Shown: piece after piece, positions 50,891-63,989 of the stretch
Numbering within the stretch: the stretch's first letter is position 1
How the letters are laid out: every line of letters begins with the position of its first letter
Source: Squalus acanthias
Taxonomy: Eukaryota
DNA length: 64,000 nucleotides
Reading direction: 5' to 3'
Assembly (NCBI GenBank): GCA_030390025.1
Contig: CM059428.1
Location: 107,198,001-107,262,000 of the forward strand
Notes under the pieces: generated by a model
Database searches by the model: none
Told to the model about the DNA's origin: nothing
Seen by the model: only the letters and a program-made list of their open reading frames with translations
Position numbers and translations under genes: made by a program

Positions 50891-51490
50891 TTTGTGAACG
50901 TCATTTATGTTTAAGGAGGGGGTGGGGGTTTGCAAAAGCTGCTCGCCTATAGGAGGAACGCCGGTATCTCCATAAGAGCGGCTGGAATGCAGTAAACGTC
51001 AATTGTGACGCCTCCGGGCCGTGCACGTCACGCCGTGGCACGTCACGTCAGCTGTCCCCTTTTCTGTATTGTGTGTGTTGAAATTGGTCTTCTGAGAGTC
51101 TCTTGCTCGGCCCCTGAGTCGCGCGCCCAGTGCTCGTGCGCGTACAAACAGTATGTGAAAAGATAACGAGCTGCTGACAGGCTGAAGAACCAGGCGCTCC
51201 ACTCTCCTCGCGCTCCTTTATTATCATTTATGAACCCCGCGTCAGCACGTCATCGCCCCAAGGCGCCCAATCGCTGCGCGCCATTCACTATGGAACACCA
51301 CCCCTCCGTGCCTCAGTCAGAACCACACCTCTTGGCTGCTCGCTCCGGCATTATGGACCAATAGGAGCGCGGGAAGCCAGGCGCGGCGAGAAGGGCGGTC
51401 TGGAACTCGTGCGCGTGAGAGCGCCCCGCTGACGCACGGCATTGACGCAAGCTGCAGCTAAATTTAGCAACACTGGGCCAATCCGTCGAT
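50890..51490 (-). promoter_or_regulatory. NR4A3 immediate-early promoter (CpG-rich; CRE half-sites, CCAAT, MEF2)
   Basis: TGACG/CGTCA half-CREs at 50899, 50997, 51006, 51026, 51041, 51046, 51240, 51248, 51430, 51443; CCAAT at 51267, 51358, 51478; MEF2 consensus CTAAATTTAG at 51458-51467; NR4A genes are established CREB/MEF2 targets. Confidence 0.85.
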
Positions 51491-52244
51491 TGAGATAGCA
51501 CAGATCTCATTCATTTCTGGGGCGTACCGTTTATTTTCGGAACTATTTTGTGATCCAGTGAAACCAAATATAGTTGTGGATAGGTATTTTTAGTCATAGC
51601 CATCTCGTTTTGTTAATGTTCAGAAATACTCACTGCTCTTTTTACACAACCTTAATACAGATTATAGCTACTAGTGGAGTAATTATTACGTTAATTCCTC
51701 ATAATACCAGAATTGTCTCAAATACAATACTAGTAACCGCGAGTGTTTTTGGATAAAAGCGACTATACAGTTTACTGTTCATTAATTGCGGCACCTTTAT
51801 AAATTATATCACGATAAGCTTTATAAGTGTTTATTTTTTCAGTTTGTTATGTGTACTGTAGTAGTGTAATTAGTTTGGACGCGTGCTGGGAAAACCTGTA
51901 CATTTATTTTAGTAACCAATTAGAAAACGGAAGTTGGAATAAATCGAGCATTGGGGAATTTATTAAATTTAAAACACTTTGGATTCCACTCTTTTAATTA
52001 TTTAGACAATAGACACATTCTTGTAATTTTGCCAAAACGCCCTTGCTTTCACAAATTTATTACGCACTAACGCCTTACGTATTTAAAAAAAAATGCTGTG
52101 TAGACTTACTACGTTCGAATTATTGCTTCATGGGACGTTCCGATTTTGTTTAAAAGTGAGCTTTTTGGAAAAAAATGTTTATGTTTTAATTCCATTATTG
52201 CATTAGACGGTTGACCAGTTCAAGGGAGAGTCTTATTTAGGAAG

Positions 52245-52450
52245 CGTTGCGGTTTGGCAGCGTCACCGCAGTGCCTGAGGCTTTTGGCAGGTGAGTGAGG
52301 TGGTGAACCCTTGTTCCACTTTATAAATAGGCAGACGGAAGGGAACGTTCCTATTACGCACACGCGCGGATTACGTAAAGGAGCGTGTTCACATTCGAGA
52401 GACGTGTGATGACGCAGGCACGCAGCCACCACGCGGTTAACTTCCGGCTA
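52245..52450. promoter_or_regulatory. Candidate upstream enhancer (bZIP motif cluster)
   Basis: CpG-rich patch in AT-rich DNA with CGTCA (52261), palindromic TTACGTAA (52371-52378), TGATGACGCA (about 52407) and an ETS-like CTTCCGG. Confidence 0.45.
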
Positions 52451-53321
52451 GAGTTCCAAAAACAGCTTTTAACCTTAACTCTGGCGATTACATTTTACAT
52501 AAATGTTTACATTATGCAGAATTTATTTATCATTTAAGATTCTGTCCACAGAAAACATGAATAATGAATACTTTTTTTTCTACTGAACGGCCCGAAGGAG
52601 AAATAAACTATGCTTGTATAAAGTAGTGTACTGCACTAGATTTCTATGGTGAGTATAACGCATAAGGTTCTTTTTGTAATCGTCTCGTTGTGGCATTACT
52701 TAAAAACATTTTTAAAGGGAGTTTGAACTTCTTTCCTACAGAAATACTCCAATAAGACCCATTTATTTCATTTCTTAAAGCAACATTTATTTGGACTTGA
52801 TTACAGTACTTTCAAATAATGAAGTTGCTAATAAACAATTTAATGCTTTTTCATTTCGAAACGTTTCAAAGCCAATACATTTTAATACAACAGTAACCCT
52901 TTTCCTCTCTGAATATACCTTAGCAGTGTGTTGGAATGTGAAAAAAGACGCCACCAGATTTTCAGCATGCTCGAAACAACAGAAATAATGAAGTACTGAA
53001 CAGGTGTTACTTAATAAAATCGGCTGTATAGTTTCCATAGGATGTCTCAATGATGGAAAAAGCAACTAAACAGTTTATCAACCTTTCCAATTACCAGCAC
53101 TTTTTTGCACTTCACTCTGTATACAGATTGCTACGGGGCAACAGCGTGTTAAACATGTTGAGCAGCATTGAGCTTTTAAGGATAATTTCCTCTTTATATT
53201 TACGAGTTCACAGATAATATTGGAGACATGGAAGTGACAGCAAGGTAGTAATCTAATTGAGTGGTTCAAATGAAATCATAAACCGTGACCGTAACGTTCC
53301 GGCGGTTTAGAACGGTATACA

Positions 53322-53402
53322 CTTCAAATGTATTTCATTGACTGGAAAGCACTTTGGGACGTCCGGTGTTCGTGAACGGCGCTATATAAGTGCAAGTCTT
53401 TT
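53322..53402 (+). mobile_element. SINE 3' tail fragment
   Basis: AAAGCACTTTGGGACGTCC...GGCGCTATATAAGTGCAAGTCTT. Confidence 0.65.
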
Positions 53403-53437
53403 TAAAAAATAAAACCAGATTATTGTATCGTTACAAT

Positions 53438-53644
53438 AGCAAAATACTGCGGATGCTGGAAATCTGAAATAACAACAGAAAATGCTGGAAACACTCAGCA
53501 GGCCAGGCAGCATCGGTGGAGAGAGAAACAAAGTCAACGTTTCAGGTCGGACGAAGGGTCCCAGACCTGAAGCGTTAACTCTGTTTCTCTCTCCACGGTT
53601 GCTGCCTGTCCTGCTGAGTGTTTCCAGCATTTTCTGTTGTTATT
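53438..53644. mobile_element. Palindromic (fold-back) element made of inverted Penelope termini
   Basis: About 80-bp inverted arms (53468-53548 and 53565-53644) matching the 15995-16076 terminus; TTATTGTATCGTT repeated on both sides. Confidence 0.8.
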
Positions 53645-54007
53645 GTATCGTTCTCTGATTTAAAAAAAATTGTATAGTTTTAATTTGATGTTTCCAGCAT
53701 TTTCTGTTATTGTACCGTTCTCTGATTTAAAAAAAATTCTATAGTTTTAATTTGATGTTGGAGTTTCCTTTGCTTTCCCCTCTGCCAACATCAGCTATCC
53801 GCGTGGATACCAACGTGTCAGTAAAAAATGTAATACAAGGTTACATGCAGTCACATGTCAGCAGTATGTTGCGTAACATACAGAATAAGAATTCGCGGTT
53901 GACGTGTGAAAAGTTCACGCGCGTGAAAAGATTACTCGTCAAGGTGAAATGTTACAATTCTGTTACCGTAAATGATTAAGAATTAGCTCTCAGTTAAAAG
54001 AAATAAT

Positions 54008-54110
54008 GACTTGTATTTTATATAGCGCCTTTCACGGCCTCAGGACGTCCCAAATTGCTTTACAGCCAATGAAGTACTTTGTGAAGTGTAGTCACTGTTG
54101 TAATATAGGA
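54008..54110 (-). mobile_element. SINE 3' tail fragment (reverse)
   Basis: Reverse complement of the SINE tail: GACTTGTATTTTATATAGCGCCTTTCACGGCCTCAGGACGTCCCAAA. Confidence 0.65.
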
Positions 54111-57100
54111 AGATTATCTGAAAATTCTATGACCAGTATAGATTGTATACAGAATGGTCAAGAAGCAGCGTTTTATCAATGGGTTCATATGACATTAGCT
54201 ACAAGGGTGAGATTTGAACTTCATCTGAATTCCAAAATTGGATTAAAAACAGAAAATGCTGGAAATACACAAGAGGCGGGCCCACTTCTGAAAGAGAAAT
54301 TTTCACCCCACAAGGTAGCCTTTCTTTCAGAAGGGGTCTGACCTGCTATGCATTTTCTTTTTTTTATTTCATATTTTAACTCCTAAGATTAGTTTGCTGC
54401 CTTGAAATTACTCCGCAATGTCTTTTTTAACAGTAGATACATGCTGTTTCAACTTATGTTGAGATTTATTCCGTTTTTAGTCGGTTTTTGTGTTGGCGCA
54501 ACTGGCAGCAGGGACACTGCCTCCTGGCGCTCTCCATGTCACTAATACAGGGCCATATCCATACTTCAGGATTAACAAGGACTGCTTAGAGTTACTGCAG
54601 CTTTATGAAGAAATTCTACAGTAAGAATATGTTAATTGTTTTAAATATGGTTTAACCGCCAATACAAAGGTGTTCTTCTGGAAGTCACTTTTATGCTCAA
54701 AAATGTGAGTTGATCCCATTGATGTGTGACTCACATAATTTGCTTATATTTCTAACAAAAATATTTAGGGTTACGCACTACAGCTGTTCTCCATCACAAA
54801 TTATGAAACATCTATTCCAAACGAAACCTTTTGCCAAAATGTATAAATACAAACATCTAGGTTAAAAGAACCTAAGTTACTAATTCACTCGCTCTTGGTT
54901 TAATCAATAGTATCATTGTAGTTGAAGAAGAGAAACTAGACAAACTGGCTGGGTCTAAACACCACATTTTACAACCTGAATGATACTGAAGCACTAGTGT
55001 TCCACTTATTTTGCTTACTAGTACTGAGAAGTAATGTTTTTAACGTGCATCACTGTTCGACCGTCGTGACAGATTATAAATCGAGAAGAGCACTAAAGTA
55101 TGGGACATTTTGAGCTCCATAGAAAGGGTGAAGTATGACACTGTACCATACTGTGCGTCAAAAAGGGACGTTACTGCAGAATGGGCTTTGGAAGCATATA
55201 CAAGAAAATTAACCTGGCTACTTACTCATCGGTACTTTAAAGTATTAGAATTAAAACTCACTGCTAACTGCTCTGCTGCCTTCTATATTGCAAATGAACA
55301 TATCACTCCCTTTTTAAAAGTCCAATTAAATATTCTGAGCCCTTTATTTCTTTTCAGAAATGCCCAATGCTTCAAAACTCATGGGCCACAATGATGCTGA
55401 GTTTGTTTCTTTCTGCGCTGTTTTAAAATTATTTTGAGGTGAATTAATAAGGAGCAAACCGATATTAGACATTTGAAAAGCTGGGTGACAAGTCATTTAT
55501 GCCACGAACCTAAAAGGCTTTCAAAAAGTTCCACCAACAATACATTTTTTTCTTTCTAGTAAATTGGAAATAAAGCAGGACTACAATGAATTAACTCTAC
55601 TCATTTTCGCTGTTGATGGCATGAAATGCGTTATACAATACACGCGCACACTTTCAATAATAACCAGTTTATTACTGTGCATGTCCATGTAATTTCTCGT
55701 CAAAAACATTTTTCTTTAGTGTTAATACCACTCCAGTTTCTAGGGCAATCTTGATAATCTTATGATTGGCAGTCAGGCAACAAAACACATTTCTGACATC
55801 AAGCCCCATGTTTGAGTAGTTTGAAGGGAGTGAATGGGATCCCTGCTTCCATAGAACTCAAGAGTAAAAGTGGCTTCCCTACATCAGCGTGCTGAAGCAG
55901 AAACATCTGAGATATCTACCTGCCGCTGGAATGGAAGCAACACACTCAAGGGGAGAGGGGAGTACATAAGGCAACGCAGAGTCTTCTAAAAGGAGGTCAC
56001 AGAAACGCTTTCGCACTACCAAATAACCATTAATGTTAAAAATCGTTACCTGTACCTGACCTCCGAAGGCCCCTCTCTTTTAACTCATTAAGAAAGGGCC
56101 AATCATACACTTATATCATACACTTACATAGTACAGTAACCCAAATCATTAAATCAGTGATACTTAGCATGATTCAAACATCTAATTATTGTCAATATAA
56201 ATTGCAGATTGTTGGAAAATAAAGGTGCGTTTTGTCTCCAAATTCTCCGACCGGTGTAATGCAAAAGTTGTAGGTGTTACTCATCAGCTAGTTTTTGGAT
56301 GTCAAGACATTATATACAAGCGGGTCTTAAGTCTAAAGTAGAGCGATTGAAGAGCATGTATGGTTGATTTAATTTCTATCAGCAAGAAAAGAAGATAACC
56401 GATTTTATAGCCTCTATCTCTCTCGCACACAAAGAGGTTACAGCTGCTACAAGAGGCGAGGTTCACCGCACCAAATTCACAAGCTTTTCACAAGACAAAG
56501 GCAAACAAGGGCCACCGATTTCAGACCGAACTTTAGTTGGAAATGGGACGGAATAAGTAGATCTTTTATGAGCAATAACATGTTTGGGGAAGGCATTTGA
56601 AAAATAATTGAACATTTGTGCCATATAGCCATTTAAAGTCGGCAGCAGAATAAGATCAATATGAAGACGGAACAGAATACTGTACTTTCTATTGATTACC
56701 TCCCAAACCCTGCAATCCTGTCCTGAGCGGCTTATGAAATAGCCTGAGATCCTTCTTAGCTTTCTTTACAGTTTATCATTTTTGAGGGTTTACTGCGTAA
56801 TTCGTGTAAAGTCGGTGAAACTTTTACAGATCTAATAATGAATATTAAATCCAAGCCTTCTCATATTACTACAGCGGTTTTCAAACTTTCGTGTGTGGGA
56901 GACTCCCTACAAATATTGACACATTCCTCAGGATCCTCTTGTCTTAACTTCCGAACCACAATGTTAGCTAACCAACGAAAACACTGTTATCATTGCAGAG
57001 GCGTTTTATATATTGGTGTACAGCAACAGAAATAACGTGCTAGTAAGTGAACGAATATAGAAACAATACAGAATTATGGAGACGTTGCGTTCCAAGTGTG

Positions 57101-57374
57101 CCTTGCTCAAGATGGACAGAAATGTGATGTGTGGGAACTCTGAATTTTGGGCTCAAATCTAGCCCCGACCAATGGGTGAAAGGGTCCTATATAAAATACG
57201 TTTGGACAGTTTCAAACTGTCTCTACATTGCCAGTAATTGTCTGTCTCACTCAGAAAAGATTCAGGATGACTACTGTGGCAAATGGAGGCGATGCCATGG
57301 TGACCGGAGAAGTGCTTTTCTGGGTTTGGGTTTTTTTTAGTAGAAAGAGCTTTACTCTGCTTCTAGCTGTACTA

Positions 57375-57605
57375 TAGATTCCTAGAAATTTATGGCACAG
57401 AGGGAGGCCATTCGGCCCATCGTGCATGTGCCGGCCGAAAAAGAGCTATCCCGCCTAATCCCACTTTCCAGTTCTTGACGGCACTTCAAGTGCATATCCA
57501 AGTATTTTTTTTAATGTGACGAGGGTTTCTGCCTCTACCACCCTTTCAGGCAGTGAGTTCCAGACCCCCACCCACTCTGGGTGAAAAAAGTTCTCCTCAG
57601 CTCCT
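57375..57605 (-). mobile_element. CR1 3' end fragment
   Basis: Reverse complement of the same 3'UTR as 16423-16866; VGVWNSLPERVVEAETL. Confidence 0.8.
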
Positions 57606-59789
57606 TTTTTGGTACTATACCTGAGTTGGGAATATTTGGTGCTGACGCTGGGTGCCTGAATATCCCTCATCTTGATGAGTGCAAAAAGAAATCAATTTAA
57701 TTGGATGAGCTTGCAATCTGGGTTCCCCTTAGGATCCCTAGACCCCATTATATATGAATCACACACTTAAAAAGTACTGACCTTGATTCCCCTCTCTATT
57801 AATGGTCAATGAGGGAAATTAGGCCCACTATGTTTGTCATTCCTAAAGTTCAGTTGGCAAAGTTTTCCATTTTAGTTACTTAGACAAGTGTTGCAGTGAT
57901 GTGATGTGATTTGCATTACAAGAACATAATTGCCTTGCTTATACAATCATTGCATTGCTTGTGCATGATTTTGTCACCCATTATATTCATCTCGTCTATT
58001 TTGTTTACCTTCCCTTTACAAAATAGCAATAATTCCCCTTTAAAGCTGATTACTGTTGTGCAGCCATTATGCAGTTATACAGATTGTCATTAGTACATAG
58101 TTACTGAAATTGGTGATCGGTCACTGCTTTATTTAACAAAACACGTATAGTAAATGCAAATGCTAGTGGCACGAGTGTAGGTTTTAGAAGGTTCACTTAG
58201 ATTAACAATTCTCAAAATTGTTCTTCACAAATATTCCACCAAGTTAAGTTTTTAGATAGTATATATAGTTTTAAAAAGTTTAACATTACCAGTAAAAGTC
58301 ATGTCACCTGAAACCATGTTGGGGTATATTTTCTTCTGTTTGCTGATATTATCAGAAAATTGGATGTGAGTATAAACTTGAAGGTCACTTGAAGCCATTT
58401 CTTTTTTCTCCTGGCAAAGTGGAATCCACCATTATTTTTAAAAATCTAGCACTGGAACAGGGGAAGGGAGGAGGAAATTGCATGAAGAGAGGAAGGGAGG
58501 GCAACATTTGTTAAAATAAAAATGTTTCAAAAGTTTGTAGTAATTCAATACTTTCAGAGAATTGGCACGCCATCATTAACGGAACCACTCAGCCCTATTA
58601 CGTAGCATTCTCCAGTGGTATTAATACTCGAGAACTATACAGAGTGCAATATTATCAGTAACGTAACTTCAAATGGATGGTGGAAAGGCAATTACAAGGC
58701 AGTAACTCAGTCAAGGTAATGACATCATAATCTCCAAGGGAAGAGAGATATCCTTCGTTCTTGTTGCAATGACCATAAATATTTCTCCCGCTACTTCAGC
58801 CATTATCAAAACTTACAGAACCTTGGGATAGAAGCCCAACTTTTAGTTCCCTTATGAACTCTTATTTATGCAGAGGTTAAAATTGCTGTAGTTTGTTGCT
58901 GTAAAATTCTAGTTGTCTTGATCCGTAGAAATCGGAAATGTAAGAAACCAAGGCTGGTGAACTAGTACATAGAAATACTTAGGAGTTACAACACGAAAAC
59001 AGGCCATTCGGCCCGTCCAGTCCTTGTCGATGTTTGCCCTCCACACAAGCAAATGGATATTAAGGGTACAGTGCATTGATGGACACATTTTATAATCATC
59101 AAATATGTCATGTAAGACTGTAAGAAACACAACATGAATAATATGTCCAATATGGGATATATTTGTGCTTGTAGATAAAGCCTGTAATATATAACTTTAC
59201 TCTATTGTAAAAAATACAGACGCAAATTTAGTAACTTTTTTATTAAAGGAAGAATTTTCTTTGGCAGGTTTGGAGTTGTGTGCTCATTCATTATATTTGT
59301 CACATTAGTGAGCGTTAACCCTTAGTCTTCTGATAGTTCCAGGGACTTCCCATCTCTTTGGATTAAGCATCTGTCTTTGTTTCTGGCTCATGCACTCTGA
59401 TATTGAAAACAATACTGTTATTACAGCAATAAAGCTACTCAAATAGCAGGAGTAACTTTATTATTGTAATATTAACCTTAAAGAGAACAAATATATATAC
59501 CTGAAACAAAGTTTAATTCTGCTGTCTATTTGTGTGTGCATTTTGACTACTGCTTCAGACCCGAACCCATTACTTCTATCTCCTGTTTTTTCTCTTGGCC
59601 CCTCTTGGGCCCTTCTTTCCCATCTCCTCCCCTTCTTGTTACCCCGTCATGCCACCTCTAATTTCTCCCCTCTCGGGTACTTTACTCCCCCAATCCCTAC
59701 CCTAACCCATCACTACTCTTCTGCTTTCCTACTCTCCTGTTGCTGTCCCAGGCTTAAATTCCCCTTGGATAAGGGTCAACCCTAGCTGA

Positions 59790-60230
59790 CCCTCTCCATC
59801 ACAGCGACCATCTACTTCCACCTCTGTGACATCGGCCACCTAGGCCTCTACCTCAGCTCATCTGCTGTTGAAACCCTTATCCATGCCTTTGTTAGCTACA
59901 GACTCGACTATTGCAATGCTCTCCTGGCCAGCCTCCCATCCTCCACTCTCCATAAACTCTGCTACCTGTATCCTATCCCACATCAAGCCCCACTCACCTA
60001 TCAACCCTGGCCTTCCTTATCTACATTGGCTCCTGGATCCCCAATGCATCCAATTTAAAATTCTCATCTTCATGTTTAAATCCCTTCATGGCATTCTCCC
60101 CGCCACCCCCCCCCCCCCCCCCCACCCAATCTCTGTAATTTCCTCTAGCCCTACAACCCCACCCCCAGTACTCTGCATTCCTCTGATTCTGGCCTTTTGT
60201 GCATCGCCCCTCCCTTTGCCCCACCATTGG
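59790..60230 (+). mobile_element. L2-clade LINE 3' fragment
   Basis: SPINPGLPYLHWLLDPQCIQFKILIFMFKSLHG matches the L2 C-terminal motif. Confidence 0.75.
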
Positions 60231-60399
60231 TGATCCTTTGCACTAAACAGTCCTTCAACCACAAATCCACCCATTGCACATCTGCCCAATGGGTCCCACT
60301 ATTTATTGACATTTATCATGAAACAAGTGAAAGGGCGAGTTGGTCCTTGGGACGCAATAATAGTGAAGATATGGAAGACGTGGAAATGGTGCTAATCAA

Positions 60400-62440
60400 T
60401 AAATTTTATGTGGTATTATAAAAAAAAGGAAACAACAACATAACATTTTGTCAAACACCCATGTGCATACCCTTGGTGAATTACAATTGCTCCAACTTAT
60501 GCTTCTATGTGGTGCATCCTGTGTGGCTTGAGTAGAGGTAGAGGCAGGCTGCTCAGATCCCTGCCCTGACTGCTGAGATTCTTTTGGCCTACACCCTCTG
60601 AGTTTTGGAGCCTCTGAGGGCCCGCCAAAGACTGCTCTCCTTGCATCTGTGCAGGGGCAGACTCGGCCATCGGAAGACAAGGCAGCATGTTGGGTGCTGG
60701 CTGAAGGAGGGGGCAACGGGTGAGAATGGGAGTGTTTTGAGTGGTGTTCCCACTTCCATGTCCTCTTTTGCCATCATCTCTCTCCTGTGCTAGCTCCACA
60801 TCACTTCTACCACTCTGCTGTAGACCAGATTGGTGCAGATCAGTGATGCATTATAAGGCCACAGACACGGTATCTGTAATCCTGGGTGGCAGGCATCTCC
60901 TGCACGGCCGTGGTCATTGTCTGCATGGACTCATTTGAGAGCCTTGCTTGAAGCTCCATGGAGGCAGGCTCTCTCTCCATGGCAGATGTTCTTGCAATTC
61001 CCTGCACCACCAATGCACCAGTGATCGAGTTGGACTCCTCCATCATCTCTGCTATTATGGAGAGTGTGTCTGTCAGTACCTGGCTAAGTTGCTGATGCAC
61101 CTCTAGCATTCTCCTTCTCAACGATAGCCCCCGGGTTTCAGCATCTGTGTCCAGTTGAACAGAAATTGGAGAGGATTGTGCCCCCCCCACCGAAGCAGAT
61201 TCTCCACAGCTGTCCCTGCCACTGGTGTCTGCTCGTGTTTACCTGTGATGTGTGAATCACCAGGTGAAAACCCAACTAACTGTCTAAGTGGACCCACCGA
61301 AGTGTGAGTATCTGTGCTGGTGCATGGCTATAGGTCCTGTGACAGTGCACCCTCAGAAGGAATGAGGTCCTCTAAGGAATCATCCTTATGGATGTCCTGC
61401 GACATTTGCTGTATGTGTGAAGACTCTGGAAGACAAAAGAAAGGGATATTATTTAGTTGTGGTAAAGTCACAATCTTGACAATTACCATACTTAGTCTTC
61501 ACATAGTTTAGTCATTGATGAAATGAAGTCAGCATATGTGTGTCAGAGATATTTGTAATTCTGCCACAAGCTATCTACGAGCTCTCTATCTCACCATCTT
61601 CAACTGAGAGGGACACAGATGTGCCACTTATCTCCAGGGTGTCCTCTGCATCTGTGAGCTGTACTATTTGTGGCAGCCCACCTCCAGTCCTGTCCCTCTC
61701 CCTTGTGCTTTGTGCTCTCTTCTCCTACAAGGGACAAAAAACAGACCTGTGAGTGAGTGAAGGTGAGGTCTTCACCCGATGGATGTGGTGCATTTAGCAA
61801 GGGTGACTATAAGACAGGTGCATCACATGGCATAAGGATTGGGGTGAGTGCCAAATGGATAAATGGGAGGTGATGAAGGCTGGGTGATGCTGAAAGTTGA
61901 GTGGGTGTGAGGAGCGATGTGATGAAGAACATTTAGCGAGACAGAGTGAAGGGAGGGGTTGCTTAAAGCACAGGAGGTATTGAATCAGCAAATGTACTCA
62001 CTTTTCCTGATCTAGTTAAGTAATTAAACTGCTTCCTACATTGCATCCATGACCTGGGCACAATGCTGTTCACCTCCTCAGCTACCTCTAACCATGCCTC
62101 CTTGGTGAGAGCAGCAGGTTTCTGCCTCCAATTGCTGGGGAAAAGTATGTCCCTCCTCCTCCTGACTGCACCCAGCAGTAATTCCAGCGAGGCATCGGTA
62201 AATCTGGGGGCTGCCCTTGCTCTATGTCCACCATTCATCCTGAACACCTCCAATTTCCATTTGTATACTGTCCCTTTAAATACAGCTGAGCTCGCTTCAT
62301 GTAGGTGTGCATCAGGCCCGCTGCACAGCTTGGAGATGCGAAACATGGAAGTCAAAATTAATTGGTACAATTGAGTTGAGATCGCAGATTCCGACCCGTT
62401 CAGTTGACTTCAGGGTTCACCCCAAAGCAATTCCACCCCC
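60400..62440 (-). mobile_element. PIF/Harbinger remnant carrying a spliced Myb/SANT-like gene (decayed)
   Basis: Exon 62238-62002 MNGGHRARAAPRFTDASLELLL...AWLEVAEEVN...RSWMQCRKQFNYL|gtgagt; exon from 61724 EKRAQSTRERDRTGGG...; in-frame TAG near 61576 and broken downstream frames. Confidence 0.75.
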
Positions 62441-62579
62441 GGCTCAGAAGTCACCTTCAGATTAATATTGGGGCCATGGTCTTCACTTGGGTTCTTCCTA
62501 CAGCAACAGCAGATGATCGACCCTGTGTCCCAGCACTCTGTAAACTGAGTACTGGACTCGCAATGTACTTTGACACCGC

Positions 62580-63130
62580 ATAGGAACAGTGATAGGCCAT
62601 TCAGCCCCTCGAGCCTGTACCACCAGGCTGATCTGTACTTCAACTCTTTGTTCCCTATACCTTGATACCCTTACCCAACAAAAATCTATCAATTTTTAGT
62701 CAATTGATCCGGAATTCACTGCCTTTTGGGGGTGCGAGTTCCAGATTTCCACTACTTTTTGCGTGAAAAAATGCTTTCTGATTTCACTACTAAATGGCCT
62801 AGCTCTAATTTTAAGATTATGACCTCATGTTCTTGATTCCCCCATCGGAGAACATAGTTTCCCTGTTTCTACTCTATAGAATCCTTTTATCACTTTAAAC
62901 ACCTCGATTAGATCACCCCTCAACCTTCTAAACTCCAGGGAATACAAACCAATTTTATAGAAACTGTCCTCCTAATTTAACACTTTAAAACCTGTTATGA
63001 TTCTAGTGAATCTGCGCTGTACCCCTTCCTGAGGTTCAGTGCCCAAAACAGAACACAATACGCCAGATGGGGTCTGATCAAGGCTCTGTACAGCTGAAGC
63101 ACAACTTCCTCACTTTCGAATTCCAAGCCC
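62580..63130 (-). mobile_element. CR1 3' end fragment
   Basis: GGCCATTCAGCCCCTCGAGCCTG 3'UTR motif (reverse) plus RT C-terminal remnants. Confidence 0.75.
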
Positions 63131-63669
63131 CTGAGGTATCAAACATTTTTTAGCAGGGTTTTGTTAAATGAAGGCCAAAAAAATCAATTTGATCTTTAAG
63201 GAATCACAAACAGTAAATTACTCTACAGTACTTGCTGATAGTAGGCATGCTGTGGCTGAAGTGTGACTGGCAATAGTTTGCACTTTGCCCTTTGTTCACT
63301 TTGCACTAATGCAACAATAGCAACTCCTGAAGGGAACATGTCAACAGCTTAGACATGGCTTTGTCAGTAAAATGTTACCATGTGACCTTGTTTCGTTGGA
63401 ATTTATTGGTCAAGGATGACTGGGAACCATCCACTTTTTAAACAATTGACATCATGCATTGCTGTAGAGTCACAATTTTAGAATAATAAAGAATGAACAT
63501 TCCCCAGTTATGATCAGAAAAAACCACTGGTGGGAATAGTGCCATCATTTTTGTTGTTGGTTCTTTCATCTTGCAAGTGAACTTGCACAAAAGTTATTTT
63601 ATCAATTGACAACATCATCGTGACTTTGTTGCTGTTCAATAATATCACACAGTAGACAAAGGGTATTTT

Positions 63670-63989
63670 TAGGGTTGCCACTGTTTGTTATTCCAAAACT
63701 GAAGAGGGACAGGATGGGGAGGCTCTTAGCAGGACTTTCTTCCTTTACACTGGTGAGCTCCTTCTTGGTGGTGGAAATTTTACCGGAGGCCCGCGAGCTT
63801 ATTAAATATCCTCTGACTCAGAGAAATAGGTTCCATTCGGGATGGATTAATGGGTGGGCAGAAGTCCTGGCCAGCCGGAACTCCGACCTCAGGAATGAGA
63901 ATCCAGATCTTGGTGTCACTGTTGCCTCTTAGAAATTTCCGAAAAGCCCACCCAAAAGACCAAGTCCAAAACATGGAGTGGCAACACTA
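63670..63989. mobile_element. hAT-like MITE
   Basis: TIRs TAGGGTTGCCA / TGGCAACACTA; degenerate 8-bp TSD GGTATTTT / GGTATGAT. Confidence 0.7.
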
